A stretch of 64,000 nt of DNA, from contig JBBRAE010000005.1 in the NCBI GenBank assembly GCA_038207085.1, forward strand, positions 1 to 64,000, in the 5' to 3' direction. Below are positions 59,297 to 64,000 of this stretch, one piece after another. Under the pieces are notes generated by a model. It searched no databases and had not been told where the DNA came from. It was given only the letters and a program-made list of their open reading frames with translations. The stretch's first letter is position 1. Each line of letters starts with the position of its first letter. A program made the position numbers and the translations under genes. Origin of the DNA: Armatimonadota bacterium (GTDB taxonomy: Bacteria; Armatimonadota; UBA5829; DTLH01).

Positions 59297-59404
59297 GTTG
59301 GTCGGGGGAATCCGTCCCCCGACCCCGTTCCGCGGACTCTATCCGCCAACCCAGTAATCGACGATCGCCGATAAGTGAGCTGGGGACAGATTCCCCGGAC
59401 GAAC
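59297..59404. mobile_element. MITE-like element, copy 2 (inverted relative to 34483-34619)
   Basis: GTTGGTCGGGGGAATC..ATTCCCCGGACGAAC. Confidence 0.75.
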
Positions 59405-59420
59405 ATGCCTTGCTAACAGC

Positions 59421-60407
59421 TCACTTTTCCGTATTAGGCTCCGCTGCGCGAAGTTCCGCCGCTTTTTCCTCGGCCAGCGTATCGTTGATATACGCGCCCG
59501 CGCCGGACTCGCTTCCAGCCAAGTACTTCAGCTTCTGCGGAGTCCTGTACGGCGGGTAAAACTCGATATGGAAATGATAAAAACCACTGTAGTCCATGCC
59601 GTCGGTCGGCGTCTGGTGCAGCACCATCATGTAAGGAAGCGACATATCCCAGAGGTTGTCATACTTGCTCAGCATGGTCTTCAGGATGCTCGCAAGATCG
59701 TCCTTTTCTTTCTCTGTAAACTCAGGGAGCGAGCCCTTGTGAGCCTGCGAGAAGATGTGCACCTCATAGGGGTAGCGCGCGTAAAAAGGAATCGCCGCAA
59801 AAAACGACTCGTTCTCAACTACAACGCGCCGACCGTCCCTTTTCTCTTCGGCGACGATGTCGCAGACCACGCAGCGGCCGGTCTCTTTGAAATGCGCCTC
59901 AGCCCCATCGAGCTCGCGCTTGATGTGCGGCGGGACGAACGGATAAGCATAGATCTGGCCGTGCGGATGGTCGATCGTTACGCCAATCTCTTTTCCCTTG
60001 TTCTCGAAGATGAAAACATAGTCGACGTAATCTTTCTGCCCGAGCTCGACAAAGCGATCGGTCCAGACCTCGATCAGTTTGCGGATATCCTGCTCGCTCT
60101 CACCGGCAAGGGAGCCATCGTGCCTGGACGAGTAGAGCACTACCTCGCAGACGCCGTCGGCGGGCCTTACTTTGTAGAGGTCGCTGCCCTCGACCGACAT
60201 CTCCGGCGCGGGGTGCTGAAGCGACGGGAACTTGTTCTCAAAGACGACGACCTCGTAGTCCTCGCTTGGAATCTCCGTCGGAAACGCCCCGGGTTTGGTC
60301 GGGCAGAGCGGACAGTAGTCTTTGGGAGGCAGGAAGGTGCGGTCCTGCCGATGCGTAGCCGTAATCACCCACTCGCGCAGCAGTGGATGCCATCTAAGTT
60401 CGGACAT
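59421..60407 (-). CDS. galT: galactose-1-phosphate uridylyltransferase
   Basis: ELRWHPLL, CPLCP, FENKFP, catalytic HPHGQ, KLKYLAGSE. Confidence 0.96.
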   Translation of the reverse strand: MSELRWHPLLREWVITATHRQDRTFLPPKDYCPLCPTKPGAFPTEIPSEDYEVVVFENKFPSLQHPAPEMSVEGSDLYKVRPADGVCEVVLYSSRHDGSLAGESEQDIRKLIEVWTDRFVELGQKDYVDYVFIFENKGKEIGVTIDHPHGQIYAYPFVPPHIKRELDGAEAHFKETGRCVVCDIVAEEKRDGRRVVVENESFFAAIPFYARYPYEVHIFSQAHKGSLPEFTEKEKDDLASILKTMLSKYDNLWDMSLPYMMVLHQTPTDGMDYSGFYHFHIEFYPPYRTPQKLKYLAGSESGAGAYINDTLAEEKAAELRAAEPNTEK

Positions 60408-60509
60408 TTACTTCTTGTCTCCGTTCTTGCCGTCATCGCTCTTGCCAAACGTGAAATAGATGAGTGTTCTCCCCCCGGAGATCTCAATAACTTCCTTTTT
60501 CATATCCAT
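60408..60509 (-). CDS. 33-aa ORF resembling the N-terminal segment of actinobacterial GalT
   Basis: MDMKKEVIEISGGRTLIYFTFGKSDDGKNGDKK*; GGGAGGA SD at 60527-60521; TAA directly followed by the galT ATG. Confidence 0.7.
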   Translation of the reverse strand: MDMKKEVIEISGGRTLIYFTFGKSDDGKNGDKK

Positions 60510-60551
60510 CTCTGGCTATTTCCTCCCGTGACTATAAGCACAGCCGACACC

Positions 60552-60580
60552 AAAAACGGCGGTCCGGTAGGTCCGCCGCA
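60552..60580 (-). terminator. minus-strand terminator-like hairpin upstream of the gal unit
   Basis: GCGGCGG-ACCTACCGGA-CCGCCG-TTTTT. Confidence 0.5.
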
Positions 60581-60660
60581 GAGTCTTCAAAACAAATGCC
60601 TGTGCCAATTGTATTTTAGGCCCTTCATGCCTCATTCGTCAATACGAACGCCTGTAGATC

Positions 60661-60933
60661 CAGGGCTAACGCATCTTGACCGGCAACCAACGTAGTGCCC
60701 GTCCCGCCGCCGCGGCCTCTCGCATCACTTTCGATGATGCTGTCGGTGAGACCATCGGCGCGGAACGTGCCGAGCAAACGATAGAATTTCATAAAGTTTT
60801 CCATTTGGCACAGCACCTTTGATACTGATGGCCTATCGCATTCCCTATCGGGAACGCTGTCGGCGAGGCGGGCGCGGCGACCCGCCACTACGGGCGTTCG
60901 GCGCTGCCCGACAGCTAAGATACGTTCGCCCTG
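60661..60933. repeat. nested inverted-repeat composite
   Basis: CAGGGCTAACGCATCTT/AAGATACGTTCGCCCTG; CGTAGTG/CACTACG; two internal CTHTCGC..GCTGTCG modules. Confidence 0.65.
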
Positions 60934-61100
60934 GTCTGTGGATAACATAGCTCTGCTATAAGTGGGGGATGTTGGGTATAATGAATGTAACTTAGTGATA
61001 GCCGGCACAGATCGCAACGCTCGTCGAGAAAGAGGCTATTGTGCCTGAGTCCTTGCGTCTGATATCATTGTAGTTGAGGGGATCAGTTAGGAGGAAATGC

Positions 61101-62093
61101 ATGAGCAACTCTATGAACCGTCGCGATTTTCTGAAGATCACGGGAGCAGTCAGCATCGGGGCGGCAGCCCTTTCCATAGGCGGCGCGTCCGCTCTGACCA
61201 AACCCGTCGAGAAGAGATCGACCAAACTACCGCAGAGAGTCCTCGGGCGCACCGGCGAGAGCGTGAGCATTATCGGGATAGGCGGCGTAGGGATGATCGT
61301 CGAGGCCGAAGAGGAAGACGTTGTGTCGATGCTGAACGAGGCAATCGACATCGGAATCACCTACTTGGACACCTCCCCTATTTACGGCAAGGAGCGCTTG
61401 AGCGAGCACAGGCTCGGCCTTGTCCTGGCAAAGCGTCGGAGCGAAGTCTTTCTTGCAGGGAAGTGCGAAGCGCGCAACTACGACGGCATCATGAAAGACG
61501 TCGAGGAAAGCCTGAAAGAGCTTCAGACCGACCACTTCGACCTCCTCCAGCTCCACTACTGGCCGAACCGCAACGCCTGGAACGTCGACCCCTGGAATGT
61601 GCTCGGCGGGCCCAAGGGCGTAATGGCCGCGTTTGCCAAGCTCAAAGAGCAGGGCGTCATCAAATACTGCGGGCTGACCGGACACCCAATCGATAAGTTC
61701 GCGATGCGCGACGACATGCGCCGGGCAATCTCACGCTACGACTTTGACACAGTGCTCTGCTTCGTCAACCCCAAGCAGGAGAGCCTGTGGGTTACCCGCG
61801 AGCTGATCCCCGTCGCGCGCCGCAAGAATATGGGCGTCATCGGAATGAAGATGTTCGGCGGCGGCACACCGGGCGCGCTTGTCGGCAAGAAACCCGGACA
61901 GACCAGCGCGAAAGAGCTCTTCCGCTACGCGCTCAGCCAGCCGATACACGTCTCTATCCCCGCTGTGACGAGCATCGATCAGTTGAGGACAAACGTCGAG
62001 TGGGTCAAGGCCTTCAAGCCGATGACCGCAGAGGAGTCCAAGACCCTGATCGCTCAGGTAAACGTCCCTGGCGGCGCCAAACAGATGATTTAG
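61101..62093 (+). CDS. aldo/keto reductase with Tat signal
   Basis: NRRDFLK; RVLGRTG, YLDTSPIYG, SE..LG, DLLQLH, GMK. Confidence 0.9.
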   Translation: MSNSMNRRDFLKITGAVSIGAAALSIGGASALTKPVEKRSTKLPQRVLGRTGESVSIIGIGGVGMIVEAEEEDVVSMLNEAIDIGITYLDTSPIYGKERLSEHRLGLVLAKRRSEVFLAGKCEARNYDGIMKDVEESLKELQTDHFDLLQLHYWPNRNAWNVDPWNVLGGPKGVMAAFAKLKEQGVIKYCGLTGHPIDKFAMRDDMRRAISRYDFDTVLCFVNPKQESLWVTRELIPVARRKNMGVIGMKMFGGGTPGALVGKKPGQTSAKELFRYALSQPIHVSIPAVTSIDQLRTNVEWVKAFKPMTAEESKTLIAQVNVPGGAKQMI

Positions 62094-62170
62094 CCCGCTT
62101 TATTAGTGAAGCGAATAAAGCTTTCGCTAACAGAGCATTATTCACGCTACTCGTGAATAATGCGGGTTAG
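62091..62170. repeat. TTAG-bounded double-hairpin repeat, copy 2
   Basis: Near-identical to 103-182. Confidence 0.9.
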
Positions 62171-62235
62171 AAGTCACAAATGGTTAGTCGCCAGGTGTTG
62201 TGGTTGACACACAATGCCTGGCTGCTGGCTACTAG

Positions 62236-62508
62236 TCACCCCCTCGCTGAAGCTATTTCGCGCTCCAATGCTTCCGCCACTCTTTCGACCACACGCCCGC
62301 CCAGGGAGTCTTTGGCGCGGATGGTGATAGCTCCGCCCCTGCTCGATTGATCGAGGACGAGGTTCTTGCCGTCGATCACGACGCCCCACACCCCTCCGCC
62401 GTCGATGATATTCGCAAACCCGAGATCGACACTTGAGCCGAAGCTCTCGCGCAGCACCAGGATGACCATCAGCGCGTCGGGCCAGTTGTATGTCTCGACA
62501 TTTATCAA
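62236..62508 (-). CDS. hypothetical protein
   Basis: 90-aa ORF overlapping the stop of the upstream ORF; no motif recognised. Confidence 0.35.
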   Translation of the reverse strand: MINVETYNWPDALMVILVLRESFGSSVDLGFANIIDGGGVWGVVIDGKNLVLDQSSRGGAITIRAKDSLGGRVVERVAEALEREIASARG

Positions 62509-63113
62509 TGGTCTATCGGGAGTATCCCGGCGATCACCTTGAACGGGACCAGCGCCGAGGCCGCAACGACCTCTTTGGACGGCGCGCCCGAAACAATCGT
62601 CTCAGATAGCACGATCTGCATCCTGTAGTTGCCCGGCCGCAGATCACTTGACGGCTGGAGCCTGAGCGGAGCGCCGACGAACCCTCCGCGGCTGATGCTC
62701 ACCCAAAAACTCTGCATATCGACCTTGGAGTCGGTCTCTCCAGAATCAAGCATCTCTGCGACGAGTTTGCCACCCTGATTGAACACCCGCACTCTCCCAG
62801 GGCGCTCCACCGAGTCGACAAAAAACGGGTTGAAGACTCTCCGAGGCTGCCAGGCGCACCTGATCACGCACTGCGCCGCAAACCCATCGCCCGCCCGGTA
62901 CTCGGTCTTATCGAGTGTGAACTCGACCGAAAGCCCTTCATAGTCCGAGGCCTCAGCGGGGCTGATCTTGGCAGAAGGCGAAACTGGAGACTGTTTATCA
63001 GCCTTTGGCACAGGGATCCTGAGCTTGGGCTGATCCTCAGGGGACGCGAGCGCGACGCCGCCAACCAAAACCGCGGCGAGCACTCCCACAACTATCGATA
63101 AAGCTGGTTTCAT
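62505..63113 (-). CDS. secreted hypothetical protein with Ig-like domain
   Basis: Signal peptide MKPALSIVVGVLAAVLVGGVALA; LDKTEYRAGD..LRPGNY. Confidence 0.65.
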   Translation of the reverse strand: MKPALSIVVGVLAAVLVGGVALASPEDQPKLRIPVPKADKQSPVSPSAKISPAEASDYEGLSVEFTLDKTEYRAGDGFAAQCVIRCAWQPRRVFNPFFVDSVERPGRVRVFNQGGKLVAEMLDSGETDSKVDMQSFWVSISRGGFVGAPLRLQPSSDLRPGNYRMQIVLSETIVSGAPSKEVVAASALVPFKVIAGILPIDH

Positions 63114-63261
63114 AAGCCGATTTCCCTTCGAGCAAGTCGCTCTGATGAGTCAGTATATCACGTTTGCCTCTCCCCCTGGAACATTTACGAGTCCGAACCA
63201 GTCAAGCAAATACGCTCGCCAGGCACAAGACAATTACCTGCGCGCAGAGAGGGGTAGTACA

Positions 63262-64000
63262 ATGAACCTGAACCGCCTGTCTCTAATCCTCGCGACGGTC
63301 CTCGCTTTAGCCACCATCGCTCTATCGGCTCCGGCACCAGTCGCACAAATCGTCGGCCACTGGGGAGGGGCGTGTGACAAAACAGCCGTCTCAGAAGGAT
63401 TCGCCTGCGTCAGCCGCGGCCTCGACCTTGTCACGCTCGATGTCTCCGACCCGACCCACCCAAAGGAGCTGGGGGAGACTGTGCTTCCCGCTCCCCCAGC
63501 GTCTATGAAGATCCGGGATCGCTATCTTTATGCAACCCTCGGGGAAGCCGGGATGCTGGTCATCGACATTCACAAGCCGGAAAAGCCGAGAATAGTCGCA
63601 AAGCTTGACACCCCCGGCAACGCGACCCAGTTCGACTTCTGCGGGCGATACCTCTATGTAGCCGACGGAAAAGATGGTCTGCAGATCATCGGGATAACAA
63701 ACCCGCGCAAGCCGGTGCTGATCGTTGCGGCAGACTTGGGTCTTGTCGAACCAGTAGTAGGCATAGCCGTATCGGGAAACACTGCGTGCGTCACAAGCAC
63801 TTCCGAATTTGTGGTGCTCGATACGTCAGACCCGGCCCACCCCAAAATAGCGAGTAAAATTAGCGATATAGACTATTATTGCCCCAGATTTGGCCCCGTA
63901 ACGGTTTCCGGCACATGCGCCTATACCTTTGACGGCGCGGAAATGCGCTTCGTCGACATTTCGGACCCGACCAGCCCAATACTGGAAGATGACTATCTTA
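63262..64000 (+). CDS. secreted LVIVD-repeat beta-propeller protein, partial (runs off the window)
   Basis: ATG after GAGGGG; MNLNRLSLILATVLALATIALSA; repeats LVTLDVSDPTHP, MLVIDIHKPEKP, YLYVADGKDGLQII, VVLDTSDPAHP. Confidence 0.85.
   Translation, partial: MNLNRLSLILATVLALATIALSAPAPVAQIVGHWGGACDKTAVSEGFACVSRGLDLVTLDVSDPTHPKELGETVLPAPPASMKIRDRYLYATLGEAGMLVIDIHKPEKPRIVAKLDTPGNATQFDFCGRYLYVADGKDGLQIIGITNPRKPVLIVAADLGLVEPVVGIAVSGNTACVTSTSEFVVLDTSDPAHPKIASKISDIDYYCPRFGPVTVSGTCAYTFDGAEMRFVDISDPTSPILEDDYL

Noticed and set aside
59367..59374. Other GCCGATAA matches (also near 44020)
   Set aside because: No TAAA at 15-nt spacing; one lies in the MITE and one within hisC
60937..60945. Perfect DnaA box TGTGGATAA
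   Set aside because: Single copy with no cluster, unwinding element or dnaA context; not evidence for oriC

Overview
GC-rich bacterial chromosomal window of mostly housekeeping and carbohydrate genes. An SLH-anchored beta-barrel protein plus an Omp85 protein, next to Firmicutes/Actinobacteria-like gene sets (yggS-sepF-proC-yggT, zwf-opcA-pgl, YabN halves), suggests a diderm Terrabacteria lineage such as Armatimonadota (inference). Contents: hisH/hisA, an orphan porD, a pentose-phosphate cluster (tkt, rpiB, pgi, tal, zwf, opcA, pgl), split yabN, a PrsA-like PPIase, a FliA/WhiG sigma factor, pit-DUF47, envelope genes, hisC-aroF-tyrA-aroA, glycoside hydrolases and galT-radical SAM-galK. I saw no rRNA, tRNA, CRISPR array, transposase, integrase or phage genes. 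The most interesting signals are non-coding. (1) An orphan ~195-nt structured transcript has a perfect sigma-28 promoter and an intrinsic terminator. (2) A second orphan sRNA candidate carries two C6 tracts. (3) A covarying structured leader recurs directly upstream of hisA, porD and hisC. (4) A 7-copy internal-loop module is nested in several repeat types. (5) Many REP/MITE-like families fill the spacers. Coding oddities: a 33-aa ORF resembling the detached N-terminus of actinobacterial GalT, an amber-interrupted zinc-ribbon gene and a probably inactive GH125-like protein. All calls come from reading motifs by eye; no searches were run.
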